Below the pieces are notes generated by a model. The model had not been told where the DNA came from. It was given only the letters and a program-made list of their open reading frames with translations, and made no database searches. From Fidelibacterota bacterium (GTDB lineage: Bacteria > Fidelibacterota > Marinisomatia > Marinisomatales > UBA2128), in NCBI GenBank assembly GCA_046861645.1, contig JBHHUM010000037.1, positions 1-19,797 on the forward strand: DNA of 19,797 nt, written 5' to 3'. This document shows positions 7,707 through 17,542 of the stretch, piece after piece; within the stretch, counting starts at the first letter, position 1, and each line of letters opens with the position of its first letter. The position numbers and the translations under genes are program-made.

Positions 7707-8912
7707 ATGAAAGTGCTCACAAATTATAAGCTTCCCGATGATTTTGGCCACTTTGATCAATATGGAGGACGATATGTACCAGAGATCCTCATCCCTTCTC
7801 TTACAGCATTGGAACAGTGTTACCAGAAAGTAAAAGCAGATGCCGCTTTTCAGGCTGATTTATCATATTTGTTAAAACACTACGCAGGAAGACCGACACC
7901 CCTGTACTACGCTCGTAGATTATCGGAAGAACTTAGATTCGAAGTATGGCTTAAGAGAGAAGACCTCAACCATACGGGCGCTCATAAGATTAACAATGCT
8001 CTCGGACAGATTCTGCTTGCTAGCCAGATGGGAAAAAAACGAATCATAGCGGAGACAGGAGCCGGTCAACATGGAGTAGCCGTAGCAACAGTGACCGCCC
8101 TGTTCGGACTTAAGTGCATCATCTACATGGGAGAAGAAGACATTCAACGCCAGAAACTCAATGTTTTTCGGATGAATCTCTTAGGTGCAGAGGTACGAGC
8201 AGTATCCACGGGAAGTGCCACCCTGAAGGACGCTACCAACGAGGCTATCCGCGACTGGGTCACCAATGTTGATACATCCTACTACCTTCTCGGTTCAGCG
8301 GTAGGTCCCCACCCTTACCCGATGATGGTCAGGGATTTCCAATCTGTAATAGGAAGGGAAACAAAGGAGCAATTCAAGACTGAAACCGGTAAGGACTTAC
8401 CCGATCATATTATCGCCTGTGTAGGTGGGGGAAGCAATGCTATGGGAATCTTTTTTCCTTTCCTGGAAGACGAAGTCTCACTAACAGGTATTGAAGCAGG
8501 TGGTCTAGGACTGAATTCAGGACAACACGCAGCCACTCTCACCAAAGGCGAATTCGGTGTACTTCACGGTTCAGCCAGTTTCTTACTTCAAGACGAGCAA
8601 GGTCAGGTGACCCTTCCTCACTCAATATCTGCTGGGCTTGATTATCCCGGTGTAGGTCCCGAGCTTAGTTACTTAAAATCAACAGAACGAGTACACTACA
8701 CAACGGCTACAGATGTTGAAGCTGTGAGAGCCTTTAAATGGCTATCCAAGAAGGAAGGTATTCTTCCTGCTCTTGAATCGGCGCATGCTCTGGCTTATCT
8801 ACTCCAGCCAGATAACGAAATTAGTTCTGGTAAACACGTTGTGGTCTGTCTCTCAGGTCGGGGAGACAAGGATGTAAACACAGTTGCAGATTCGATGGAA
8901 GTTAATTTATGA
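7707..8912 (+). CDS. trpB: Tryptophan synthase beta subunit
   Basis: [16 protein letters not shown] (PLP lysine), [36 protein letters not shown]. Confidence 0.98.
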   Translation: MKVLTNYKLPDDFGHFDQYGGRYVPEILIPSLTALEQCYQKVKADAAFQADLSYLLKHYAGRPTPLYYARRLSEELRFEVWLKREDLNHTGAHKINNALGQILLASQMGKKRIIAETGAGQHGVAVATVTALFGLKCIIYMGEEDIQRQKLNVFRMNLLGAEVRAVSTGSATLKDATNEAIRDWVTNVDTSYYLLGSAVGPHPYPMMVRDFQSVIGRETKEQFKTETGKDLPDHIIACVGGGSNAMGIFFPFLEDEVSLTGIEAGGLGLNSGQHAATLTKGEFGVLHGSASFLLQDEQGQVTLPHSISAGLDYPGVGPELSYLKSTERVHYTTATDVEAVRAFKWLSKKEGILPALESAHALAYLLQPDNEISSGKHVVVCLSGRGDKDVNTVADSMEVNL

Positions 8913-9679
8913 ACCGCATCCAAACCCTATTCCATCAGTCTAATGAAAAGGTGATTCCTTTCTTTACTGCAGGTTATCCACGCTTGGATAGTACCATCGA
9001 TCTAGTGCTGGCTGCCGAGCGGGGTGGGGCTGCAATGGTAGAAATTGGGATTCCCTTTTCCGATCCTATCGCGGATGGTCCGGTCATTCAACAATCCAGC
9101 CATATAGCCCTCCAAAATGGGATAACGTTAGCGATGATTCTCCAACAAGTAAGACAGATCAGGAAAACCTCTTCAATCCCTATCGCCCTCATGGGGTACT
9201 TAAATCCAATCCTTCATTTTGGACGACAGACATTCCTTGCTGAAGCTCGAGATGCAGGTATAGACGGCCTTATTATTCCTGATTTACCTGCAACAGAAGC
9301 AGAGGAATTTGTCTCTCTTACCAGGGTTCATGAAATTTCACTCATTCTCCTCATAGCGCCCAACACACCCGGTAAAGACATCACTCACATTTCCCGACTT
9401 ACACAGGACCTCATTTATTGTGTAGCGGTACAAGGAATCACAGGCGCCAGACTGAACGGGGTAGAAGGATTGACTGCCTACTTAAAGCGTGTAAAAAAAT
9501 ACTCCAGATCACCTTTCGTAGTAGGGTTTGGAATTAAGACTCGAGAGGATGTCCAGAAAATAAATCGAATCGCCCATGGCGCTGTAGTTGGAACCAACTT
9601 ATTAAAAAAGATCAAAAATGCTGATAACCCTATCGAAGTAGCTGAAACATACATTCGTGAACTGGGAAGAAAGTTTTGA
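8909..9679 (+). CDS. trpA: Tryptophan synthase alpha subunit
   Basis: [40 protein letters not shown]. Confidence 0.97.
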   Translation: MNRIQTLFHQSNEKVIPFFTAGYPRLDSTIDLVLAAERGGAAMVEIGIPFSDPIADGPVIQQSSHIALQNGITLAMILQQVRQIRKTSSIPIALMGYLNPILHFGRQTFLAEARDAGIDGLIIPDLPATEAEEFVSLTRVHEISLILLIAPNTPGKDITHISRLTQDLIYCVAVQGITGARLNGVEGLTAYLKRVKKYSRSPFVVGFGIKTREDVQKINRIAHGAVVGTNLLKKIKNADNPIEVAETYIRELGRKF

Positions 9680-10263
9680 CAACAATTGGCATACAGGGTG
9701 GACAAGGCAGTTTTTGTGATGAAGCAGCTCGAGAGTTCGCAGTTAACCACGGATTAGAGGAGATAAAACTATCCTACTTGATTTCCTCAGAAAAAGTCCT
9801 GTCGGCAGTTGAAAACGGTGATACCGAATACGGCATTTTTGCCATGGAGAATGCACAGGGGGGTGTAGTAATAGAAAGTGTAGAGGCATTAGCTCAACAT
9901 CGTTGTGAAATTGTAGAGATGTTTTACATTCCCATCAGCCAGAACCTTTTGGCACGCAGAGGCGTCTTCATTGGCGATATAACGGAGATCCATTCTCATC
10001 AACAGGCTCTTCGTCAGTGCCGTGATTATCTCTCAGAGCATTTCTGGTCTCGTCCTCTGATAGAGGAAGATGATACTGCTGAAGCGGCACGACGTTTAAA
10101 GGAGGGTAAACTACCATCAACCGCAGCAGTTATCGCACCCAAATCATGTGCCAATATCTATGGTTTAGTTATCCTACAGGAAAATATTCATGACCTGAAA
10201 AATAATCTCACCCTATTTCTGGGTGTAAAGAAATTTTCTGCAAGACAATCTGAAAAGGAATAG
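9676..10263 (+). CDS. pheA: Prephenate/arogenate dehydratase, catalytic domain only (no C-terminal ACT domain)
   Basis: IGIQGGQGSF, AMENAQGG.V, IHSHQQALRQC, DTAEAA, IHD..NNLTLF; ends just after the PDT domain (195 aa); TTG start overlapping the trpA stop. Confidence 0.85.
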   Translation: MTTIGIQGGQGSFCDEAAREFAVNHGLEEIKLSYLISSEKVLSAVENGDTEYGIFAMENAQGGVVIESVEALAQHRCEIVEMFYIPISQNLLARRGVFIGDITEIHSHQQALRQCRDYLSEHFWSRPLIEEDDTAEAARRLKEGKLPSTAAVIAPKSCANIYGLVILQENIHDLKNNLTLFLGVKKFSARQSEKE

Positions 10264-10267
10264 AATA

Positions 10268-10996
10268 ATGAGTGATTCTATTGGTATAATCGGTTTTGGA
10301 AGATTTGGACGAATACTGGGACAGATACTTTCTGATGATTTTAAAGTTCAAGCTTACGATGTTTCTTCTCAGGAAGAGCAATTTGGAGTAGAATTCGTAG
10401 ATAGAGAATTAATTCTACAAAATAAAACTCTTTTCTTAGCAGTTCCCATCCGGGATTTCAAGAAATTAATTTTAGACATTAGTCCCCACTTGAACGAGGG
10501 AACAACTGTCATCGATGTCTGTTCTGTTAAAGTTTATCCCGTTACCGTTATGACTGAAACCCTCCCTGATCCTATTGGGATAATTGCCACTCACCCTCTT
10601 TTTGGTCCCGATTCCATAGACAAGCCAAACGGTCTGACGATGATGATGTATCCAGCCAGGGATGTTTATAAAAAGTTTCCATTCTGGAGCGATTACTTTC
10701 ATTCCAAGGCGATAAATATCGTGGAGATGACTCCGGAAGAACATGATAACCTGGCGGCCAAAACACAAGGGATCACACACTTTATCGGTCGTGTACTACG
10801 TAATGCCGGGGTGAAAGAGACCTCGATTGACACCCTGGGTTTTAAAGATCTCCTGGGAGTTATAGACCAAACCTGTAACGATAGTTGGGAATTGTTTACG
10901 GATCTTCAAAATTTCAACCCCTATACACTTCCTATGATAGAGAAATTGGAATCATCAATACATACCATTCTTGGGAAAATATTAAGGAGAGAATAA
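10268..10996 (+). CDS. tyrA: TyrA-family prephenate/arogenate dehydrogenase (plant-ADH-like clade)
   Basis: GIIGFGRFG Rossmann motif, DVCSVK, THPLFGP, EEHD..AA.TQGITHFIGRVL, NDSWELF.DLQNFNPY. Confidence 0.9.
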   Translation: MSDSIGIIGFGRFGRILGQILSDDFKVQAYDVSSQEEQFGVEFVDRELILQNKTLFLAVPIRDFKKLILDISPHLNEGTTVIDVCSVKVYPVTVMTETLPDPIGIIATHPLFGPDSIDKPNGLTMMMYPARDVYKKFPFWSDYFHSKAINIVEMTPEEHDNLAAKTQGITHFIGRVLRNAGVKETSIDTLGFKDLLGVIDQTCNDSWELFTDLQNFNPYTLPMIEKLESSIHTILGKILRRE

Positions 10997-10997
10997 T

Positions 10998-12086
10998 ATG
11001 CAGGTAGTATTGAGTCCAACCGCTACAGAAGACCAAATCAAACGAGTAAAGGAACGTATTCGGGAATTTGGGTTGACCCCCCATGATATTCCTGGTCAGG
11101 AGCCTAAAACGATAGGAATCACTGGTACGATAAATCAAGAAATACGGATCTATCTGGAAGGCTTGCCAGCAGTCTCAAAAGTGATCCCCATATCTCCACC
11201 CTTTAAGCTGGCCAGCAGAGATATGCATCCTGAGAACTCCTTTGTAACGGTAGGAGATGTAAAGTTCGGAGACGGCAATGTTGTAATGATTGCGGGTCCC
11301 TGTGCTGTAGAGAGTGAGGAGCAGACCCTGCGGATTGCCAGAGAAGTGGCTGACCGTGGAGCTCAGATTCTGAGAGGAGGTGCTTACAAACCGCGAACTT
11401 CGCCTTATTCCTTCCAGGGTTTAGGTGAATTAGGGCTGGAAATCCTGGCTAAGGCTCGAGAATTGACGGGATTACCTATCGTTACCGAAGTACTCGATCA
11501 CACAACTGTTGAGTTAGTGGGACAATATGCGGATATGCTTCAAATTGGAACGCGAAACATGCAGAATTTCTCCCTTCTAAAAGCATCCGGTCAATCTCGA
11601 AAACCCGTTCTGCTGAAAAGAGGTATGAGCGCCACACTTCAGGAAACCTTGATGTCCGTTGAATACCTGATGTCTTACGGCTGCCACGATGTTGTGGTTT
11701 GTGAAAGAGGAGTTCGTACTTTCACCAGTCATGCCCGCAATACGTTGGATGTCAGTGTTATCCCCGCTTTTAAGCAGATCAGCCATCTACCCATTATTGT
11801 GGACCCGAGTCACTCCAGTGGACAACGGTATAGCGTCATCCCTCATGCACTGGCAGGACTGGGCGCCGGAGCTGATGGACTCATTGTGGACGTCCATGAT
11901 CACCCCGAAGAGGCGCTGTGTGACGGTCCACAGGCACTAATACCAAATGAATTTTCTAAACTGATGAAAACAGCTAAAGGAGTCTGCGCAGCGATGGGTA
12001 AATCCATTGGTAGCGACCAATTCCTTAATCCAAGCCATAACGGTAAAACTGCTAATACTCCCCATAAAATGTCCCAACAGCCTTAA
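10998..12086 (+). CDS. aroF: DAHP synthase type I-beta with N-terminal ferredoxin-like/ACT regulatory domain
   Basis: IAGPCAVES, RGGAYKPRTSPYSFQGLG, QIGTRNMQNF, LLKRG, CERG, DPSH; ~70-aa N-terminal extension. Confidence 0.95.
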   Translation: MQVVLSPTATEDQIKRVKERIREFGLTPHDIPGQEPKTIGITGTINQEIRIYLEGLPAVSKVIPISPPFKLASRDMHPENSFVTVGDVKFGDGNVVMIAGPCAVESEEQTLRIAREVADRGAQILRGGAYKPRTSPYSFQGLGELGLEILAKARELTGLPIVTEVLDHTTVELVGQYADMLQIGTRNMQNFSLLKASGQSRKPVLLKRGMSATLQETLMSVEYLMSYGCHDVVVCERGVRTFTSHARNTLDVSVIPAFKQISHLPIIVDPSHSSGQRYSVIPHALAGLGAGADGLIVDVHDHPEEALCDGPQALIPNEFSKLMKTAKGVCAAMGKSIGSDQFLNPSHNGKTANTPHKMSQQP

Positions 12087-12125
12087 TCACATGTAAAACG
12101 AAAAATAAATGAAAACAATTTCACA

Positions 12126-13373
12126 ATGAAACTGACAGGTGAACTTTCATTTCCGGGTGATAAATCCATCTCCCACCGAGCCCTCATGTTGGCCGCTCTA
12201 TCAGAGGGCAAGTGTACAATCAAAAACCTCTCTACGGGGAAAGATGTGGAATCTACCCATCAATGTTTGCTTTCCTGCAGTATAGAATCACAACTTGATA
12301 ACGGAAAGATCAGGATTACAGGCAAACCTCTCCAAAATCCATCCCAAATCCTCGATTGTGGGAACTCCGGGACGACAGCTCGATTGCTGGCGGGGTTACT
12401 CGCCGGGCAGAAAGTAACTGCAACACTCGAAGGGGATCATTCCCTCTCCAGTCGACCCATGAACCGGATTATCGATCCTTTATCCAAAATGGGTGCTGAT
12501 GTCGATTCCTCAGATGGATATCTACCCTTAAACCTTATTCCCCGGCCTCTTCACGGTATCCAGTACACTCCACCCATCAGCAGTGCTCAAGTTAAATCAG
12601 CAGTAATCTTAGCCGGATTAGGTGCTGAAGGTGAAACAACCCTAATAGAACCAATCAAAACTCGGGATCATACCGAGCGAATGCTGAAGACACTGGGGGG
12701 TTCAATTACTCTTCAAGGTAGCAGAATTACTGTTTCCCCCCTGCAACAGCCACTGGAAACATTTGAACTCACAATTCCCGGAGACCCCTCTACGGCTGCT
12801 TATTTTGCCGCTGCTGCCACTCTTATTCCTAATTCAGAACTTAGATTAATAAATCTCCTCGCCAATCCTACCAGAACAGGATTCTTTACTGTTCTGGAAA
12901 AAATGGGAGCCAGTATAGAAATACTCTTAAAAAATCCTAATGGTGGAGAAGAAGTTCACAATCTTAAAATTTCCCCTGGAACCCTAACAGGAATTACCCT
13001 GTCCCCAGAACAGATTCCTACCATCATAGATGAACTCCCTATCCTGGCAATCGTTGCCACACAGGCAGAAGGTCGTACCGTAGTAACTGGCGCCAGTGAG
13101 CTCCGAGTGAAGGAATGTGATAGATTACAGGCAATTTGTAAAAACCTGCATAGAATGGGTGCTAAGATTACTGAATTATTAGATGGATTCGTTATCACCG
13201 GTCCTACCTCATTGCACCAGGCAAGGATCTCCACCTACAACGATCATCGCATTGCTATGGCTTTTACCATCGCCAGTCTTATTGCAGATGGGCCCGTCAC
13301 CATTGATAACTCGACCTGTATGGAGATATCGTGTCCAGATTTCAAAACTATGTTGCAAGCCATAATCCGATGA
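12126..13373 (+). CDS. aroA: EPSP synthase (3-phosphoshikimate 1-carboxyvinyltransferase)
   Basis: PGDKSISHR, DCGNSGTT.RL, SL..RPM, SSAQVKSA, RDHTERM, ELRVKE.DR, DHRIAM. Confidence 0.97.
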   Translation: MKLTGELSFPGDKSISHRALMLAALSEGKCTIKNLSTGKDVESTHQCLLSCSIESQLDNGKIRITGKPLQNPSQILDCGNSGTTARLLAGLLAGQKVTATLEGDHSLSSRPMNRIIDPLSKMGADVDSSDGYLPLNLIPRPLHGIQYTPPISSAQVKSAVILAGLGAEGETTLIEPIKTRDHTERMLKTLGGSITLQGSRITVSPLQQPLETFELTIPGDPSTAAYFAAAATLIPNSELRLINLLANPTRTGFFTVLEKMGASIEILLKNPNGGEEVHNLKISPGTLTGITLSPEQIPTIIDELPILAIVATQAEGRTVVTGASELRVKECDRLQAICKNLHRMGAKITELLDGFVITGPTSLHQARISTYNDHRIAMAFTIASLIADGPVTIDNSTCMEISCPDFKTMLQAIIR

Positions 13374-14221
13374 ATTTTGCTGTAATTGGACATCCTATTA
13401 CCCACAGTTTGAGTCCCGAGCTCCACAACTGGATATTCAAAAAATTGGGAATCGATGCCCACTATTCTAAGGTGGATATAAGTCGTGAAAAACTGGCTTA
13501 TTTCCTATCAGGGGTAAGCAGAAGCCAATTCCAGGGCTTCAATGTTACCCTACCACACAAGGAAGCCGTTATTCCACTACTGGATAACGTTGAGGAGCAG
13601 GCGGAGCAGATCGGAGCTGTGAATTGCGTTGTGAACAATGACCAAAAACTCAAGGGTTACAATACTGATTGGATCGGTTTTCAAAGAACATTACAGGATG
13701 AAGATATTTCCGTCAGGAATCGAGCCTGTTTTATACTGGGAGCTGGTGGTGCCTCCCGTGCAATCCTCTATACCCTACTCAAGGAAGGGGCAGATCCTGT
13801 TCTTCTTCATAATCGACACCAGAAAAAGGCGTTGCAATTACAAACCCACATGATGTCTCATTTCACATCTTCCACAATCGCTGTAATATCTCTACAGGAA
13901 TTGACGAACTTTTGGAACGAAGACCTGATTTTGATCAATACTACATCTGTGGGGATGACAAGTAATAATTCCTTATTACCAGTTAAATATTTTCATAGAA
14001 GACAGACTTTTATTGATGTCATTTACACGCCCTTAGAAACAACTCTTTTGCGTCAAGCTTCTGCTGTAGGTGCCAAGACAGTAAATGGACTTGCCATGTT
14101 CATCCACCAGGGATTGGCATCGATTGACCTCTGGCTGAAGCAACCTATTTCACAAAGTGTTAACCGGGAAGAAATCAAAAGTTATTTGATACGAAAACTC
14201 CAGGAGGAAATACCAGCTTGA
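13370..14221 (+). CDS. aroE: Shikimate dehydrogenase
   Basis: VIGHPI.HSLSP.LH, GFNVTLPHK, IGAVN, GYNTD..GF, LGAGGASRA, INTTSVG, GL.MFIHQG. Start placed at ATG 13370 (ATGA overlap with aroA) instead of 13331. Confidence 0.95.
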   Translation: MNFAVIGHPITHSLSPELHNWIFKKLGIDAHYSKVDISREKLAYFLSGVSRSQFQGFNVTLPHKEAVIPLLDNVEEQAEQIGAVNCVVNNDQKLKGYNTDWIGFQRTLQDEDISVRNRACFILGAGGASRAILYTLLKEGADPVLLHNRHQKKALQLQTHMMSHFTSSTIAVISLQELTNFWNEDLILINTTSVGMTSNNSLLPVKYFHRRQTFIDVIYTPLETTLLRQASAVGAKTVNGLAMFIHQGLASIDLWLKQPISQSVNREEIKSYLIRKLQEEIPA

Positions 14222-15378
14222 TGCAACGGCTAAGATGGCTCACCGCAGGGGAATCCCACGGCAAGGGATTATTAGGGATATTGGAGGGCATCCCAGCCGG
14301 ACTGGAAATCGAGGAGGATTACATTCACACTCATTTAGCCAGACGTCAGAAAGGTCACGGCCGTGGGGGTCGGATGAAAATTGAAAATGATCGGGCAGAG
14401 ATATACTGTGGCATACGGCATGGTAAAACCCTTGGTTCACCTATCGGTCTGATCCTTCCCAATCAGGATTGGGAAAACTGGAAGACGAAAATGTCAACCA
14501 ATCCAGTTGATGAAGAGGTAAAAAAAGTAACCCTTCCTCGACCGGGACATGCTGATCTGGCCGGAGTTGAAAAATTCGGTTTCGAAGATATCCGCAATGT
14601 TCTGGAACGTTCCTCTGCACGGGAAACAGCCATGCGTGTCGCTCTTGCTACTATCTGCCGGAAGCTTCTGGACGAGGTTGGTATCCAAGTGGGCAGTCGT
14701 GTAATTCAGATTCACATGATAAAAGATTCTTCACCCCTCCCTGAAAACATGTCCCCAGAGCAACTCAACGAACTCGTTGACGCATCTCCTGTTCGTTGCC
14801 TGGACAAGGAAGCTGAAAAGAAAATGATCGCCATTATTGATGAAGCTAAAATCAGAGGGGATTCGGTTGGAGGTCTTTTCGAAGTTGTAGCAACTGGATT
14901 ACCTTATGGCCTCGGTTCCTACACTCACTGGGACCGTAAGCTCCACACTAGAATAACTGCTGCAATGATAAGTATTAATGGTTTAAAGGGAGTTGAAATT
15001 GGGAAAGGCTTTGCAGGAGCCAATCTATTTGGAAGCGAAATTCACGATGAAATTGGCTGGGATGGAAATAGCTACGTCCGCTATTCAAATAATGCCGGTG
15101 GACTGGAAGGAGGTATGAGTAATACCGAAACCATAATAGTCCGCATGGTCATGAAGCCTATCTCAACCCTCATTCAACCTTTACGTTCAGTCGATATAGT
15201 TACCAAAGAGGAGAAAGGTGCCCATAAGGAGAGAACCGATACCTGCGCCGTCCCGGCTGCGTCCGTCATCGCCGAGAGTATGCTCTGCTTCGTCCTTGCT
15301 GATTCACTTTTGGAGAAGTTTGGAGGTGATACCATGGATCAATTAAAAGCTCATTTGAAAGCAAGCGCACACTACTGA
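14221..15378 (+). CDS. aroC: Chorismate synthase
   Basis: TAGESHG, RPGHADL, ERSSARETA, GDSVGG, NNAGGLEGG, MKPI; ATG 14221 (or TTG 14218) overlaps the aroE stop. Confidence 0.97.
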   Translation: MQRLRWLTAGESHGKGLLGILEGIPAGLEIEEDYIHTHLARRQKGHGRGGRMKIENDRAEIYCGIRHGKTLGSPIGLILPNQDWENWKTKMSTNPVDEEVKKVTLPRPGHADLAGVEKFGFEDIRNVLERSSARETAMRVALATICRKLLDEVGIQVGSRVIQIHMIKDSSPLPENMSPEQLNELVDASPVRCLDKEAEKKMIAIIDEAKIRGDSVGGLFEVVATGLPYGLGSYTHWDRKLHTRITAAMISINGLKGVEIGKGFAGANLFGSEIHDEIGWDGNSYVRYSNNAGGLEGGMSNTETIIVRMVMKPISTLIQPLRSVDIVTKEEKGAHKERTDTCAVPAASVIAESMLCFVLADSLLEKFGGDTMDQLKAHLKASAHY

Positions 15379-15458
15379 GTCGATAGTTGGCAGGAAATTA
15401 ATAGGATGATGAAAGGTCTTGCTGAAAACCGTGAGATATTTCCAGCTTTAGATTAATT

Positions 15459-15980
15459 ATGAATAGTCAATCAAAATTCAATATCTTCCTGATTGGGATG
15501 ATGGGAAGTGGTAAATCGAGCATAGGTCGGCAGCTGGCAAAACTACTTGACTTGGTCTTTGTAGACATTGATAAGGAATTAGAAATAATAACTAAGCTAT
15601 CAATTAATGAAATGTTCAAGAAATTCGGCGAGGAAAAATTTCGAGAGATGGAAGGAGCATTTTTCAGGGAAAAAGCGACTCAGGACCATTTGGTGTTTGC
15701 CACCGGTGGTGGGATAATCCTGAGCAAGCAAAACAGAACGATCATGAGGGAATCGGGAACGGTCATTTTTCTGGACGTACCCCTCAATATTCTCACTGAA
15801 CGTCTCAATGGCGTAAGTGACCGCCCCCTGCTGAAAAGTTCCCATGATATCAGCACAGACCTGACCTCGATCTGGAAAACTCGAGAGAAATTCTATCGTA
15901 ACACAGCTCATTTCACACTTGATGCCACTCCCTCACCTCACAAATGCGCTAACACCATTCTGGAGATTCTGGGAAAGTGA
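15459..15980 (+). CDS. aroK: Shikimate kinase
   Basis: LIGMMGSGKS P-loop, DID, GE..FR.ME, ATGGG, RPLL. Confidence 0.96.
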   Translation: MNSQSKFNIFLIGMMGSGKSSIGRQLAKLLDLVFVDIDKELEIITKLSINEMFKKFGEEKFREMEGAFFREKATQDHLVFATGGGIILSKQNRTIMRESGTVIFLDVPLNILTERLNGVSDRPLLKSSHDISTDLTSIWKTREKFYRNTAHFTLDATPSPHKCANTILEILGK

Positions 15981-17035
15981 AAACAATCACTGTCGAGCTG
16001 GGGAGTAGATCCTATCCTATTCATGTATCAAACGGCCTTTTGCAAAAACTACCTGATATTCTAAAAGAGCAGTACAACTTTAAATCCTGTGTATTGATTT
16101 CACAACCTGCCATTTTGAAATTGTTTACCCCTCATTTGCAGTCATCAGTCCTCAATTACCACAAAATAATTATTCCACCTGGTGAACAGGCCAAAGATTT
16201 TAACGAATACCGAAAAGTAATCAGTCAAATGATCGAGATGGGTTGCGACCGTTCGTGGGTTATTCTAGCCCTAGGCGGAGGTGTGGTTGGTGACCTTGCT
16301 GGATTCGCTGCAGCTACCTTTATGCGGGGAATTAACTATTTCCAGATTCCAACGACTCTTTTGGCCATGGTCGATTCAGCCATAGGTGGTAAAACAGGAC
16401 TCAATTTGCCAGAAGGAAAGAATCTGATTGGGGCTTTTCATCAACCCCAAGCCGTGTTTATTGATCCTACTCTGCTGACTTCTCTGCCCCGGAAAGAAGT
16501 TATTTCAGGATTAGCAGAAATAATAAAGTATGGCGCCATCCGTGATCGAGATTTCCTTTCCTGGATCGCCTCTAACCTGGATGAGATCAATCACTTCCCT
16601 TATGAGTCGGCCATTGCACAATCGTGCTCCATCAAAGCCCAAGTCGTTTCGCTAGACGAACACGAAGGTGACCTCAGAAGAATTCTTAATTTTGGTCACA
16701 CCATCGGTCATGCCCTGGAAGCCTATCTTGGTTATGGCAATATTCGACATGGAGAAGCTGTGGCCTATGGTATGATCTGTGCTACCTGGATTTCCCAACA
16801 ATTAGGGTATCTTCGGAATACTGATTATCAATTCCTAACGGAAACGATTATGAAACTTCCGCTACCCACTCTGCTTAATATCGAATCAACTGCAATCCTC
16901 GACCTTATCCAAAAGGATAAGAAAATGCAAAATGGCGTATTAAACTTTGTTATCTTAGATGGACTGGGAAAAGCAACCACTTCAACACAAGTGCCTGACG
17001 AACTGATAGTAGAATCACTAACAAGATTAATATGA
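15977..17035 (+). CDS. aroB: 3-dehydroquinate synthase
   Basis: GE..K, ALGGGVVGDLAGF, PTTLLAMVDSAIGGKTG, GKNLIGAF.QP, LNFGHTIGHALE, HGEAV. Confidence 0.97.
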   Translation: MKTITVELGSRSYPIHVSNGLLQKLPDILKEQYNFKSCVLISQPAILKLFTPHLQSSVLNYHKIIIPPGEQAKDFNEYRKVISQMIEMGCDRSWVILALGGGVVGDLAGFAAATFMRGINYFQIPTTLLAMVDSAIGGKTGLNLPEGKNLIGAFHQPQAVFIDPTLLTSLPRKEVISGLAEIIKYGAIRDRDFLSWIASNLDEINHFPYESAIAQSCSIKAQVVSLDEHEGDLRRILNFGHTIGHALEAYLGYGNIRHGEAVAYGMICATWISQQLGYLRNTDYQFLTETIMKLPLPTLLNIESTAILDLIQKDKKMQNGVLNFVILDGLGKATTSTQVPDELIVESLTRLI

Positions 17036-17472
17036 AGTTTCTCATCATCAATGGTCCCAATCTAAACCTACTGGGGAAGAGAGAGCCGGAAATCTATGGA
17101 AGTGAAACTTTGGATGAGATAATGACCTGGCTTAAAGCAACCCCTGAAGCAAGAGGACATCAATTGGAGCATTTCCAATCCAATCATGAGGGTTCCATCA
17201 TAGAACGTATTCACAATGCCTGGGAAGATGTAGACGGAATTATTATCAACCCGGGAGCTTTTACCCACTACTCATATGCTATTCGAGATGCACTTGCTGC
17301 AGTGGGAATAACGACGGTAGAAGTTCACCTGAGCGACATTAACCAGAGAGAAGATTTCAGAAAGATCTCAGTTATCGCACCTGTCTGCCTGGGACAGGTC
17401 TCCGGCTTAGGGAAAGAAAGCTATCTGGAAGGACTAAAAAAGTTGATTCATTCTTTTATCAATAAAAACTAA
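17032..17472 (+). CDS. aroQ: Type II 3-dehydroquinate dehydratase
   Basis: INGPNLNLLG.REP.IYG, QSNHEG, IINPGAFTHYS.AIRDA, EVHLS.I..RE.FR. Confidence 0.97.
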   Translation: MKFLIINGPNLNLLGKREPEIYGSETLDEIMTWLKATPEARGHQLEHFQSNHEGSIIERIHNAWEDVDGIIINPGAFTHYSYAIRDALAAVGITTVEVHLSDINQREDFRKISVIAPVCLGQVSGLGKESYLEGLKKLIHSFINKN

Positions 17473-17542
17473 ACTACTTTTACATGGGACAAAAGTGGAA
17501 AATTCAGTTTCTCCTGCAGAGTGTCACATACTCAAAGCTACT

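Noticed and set aside
13331..13369. Upstream start for aroE
   Set aside because: Would overlap aroA by 43 nt; homology begins at ATG 13370, which has an ATGA coupling.
15406..15450. 14-aa mini-ORF MMKGLAENREIFQL in the aroC-aroK gap
   Set aside because: No control-codon cluster, no downstream terminator, compatible with chance.
17473..17542. Bidirectional terminator between aroQ and asd
   Set aside because: Only weak AU-rich stems (CTACTTTT/AAAAGTGG) without a convincing U-tract.
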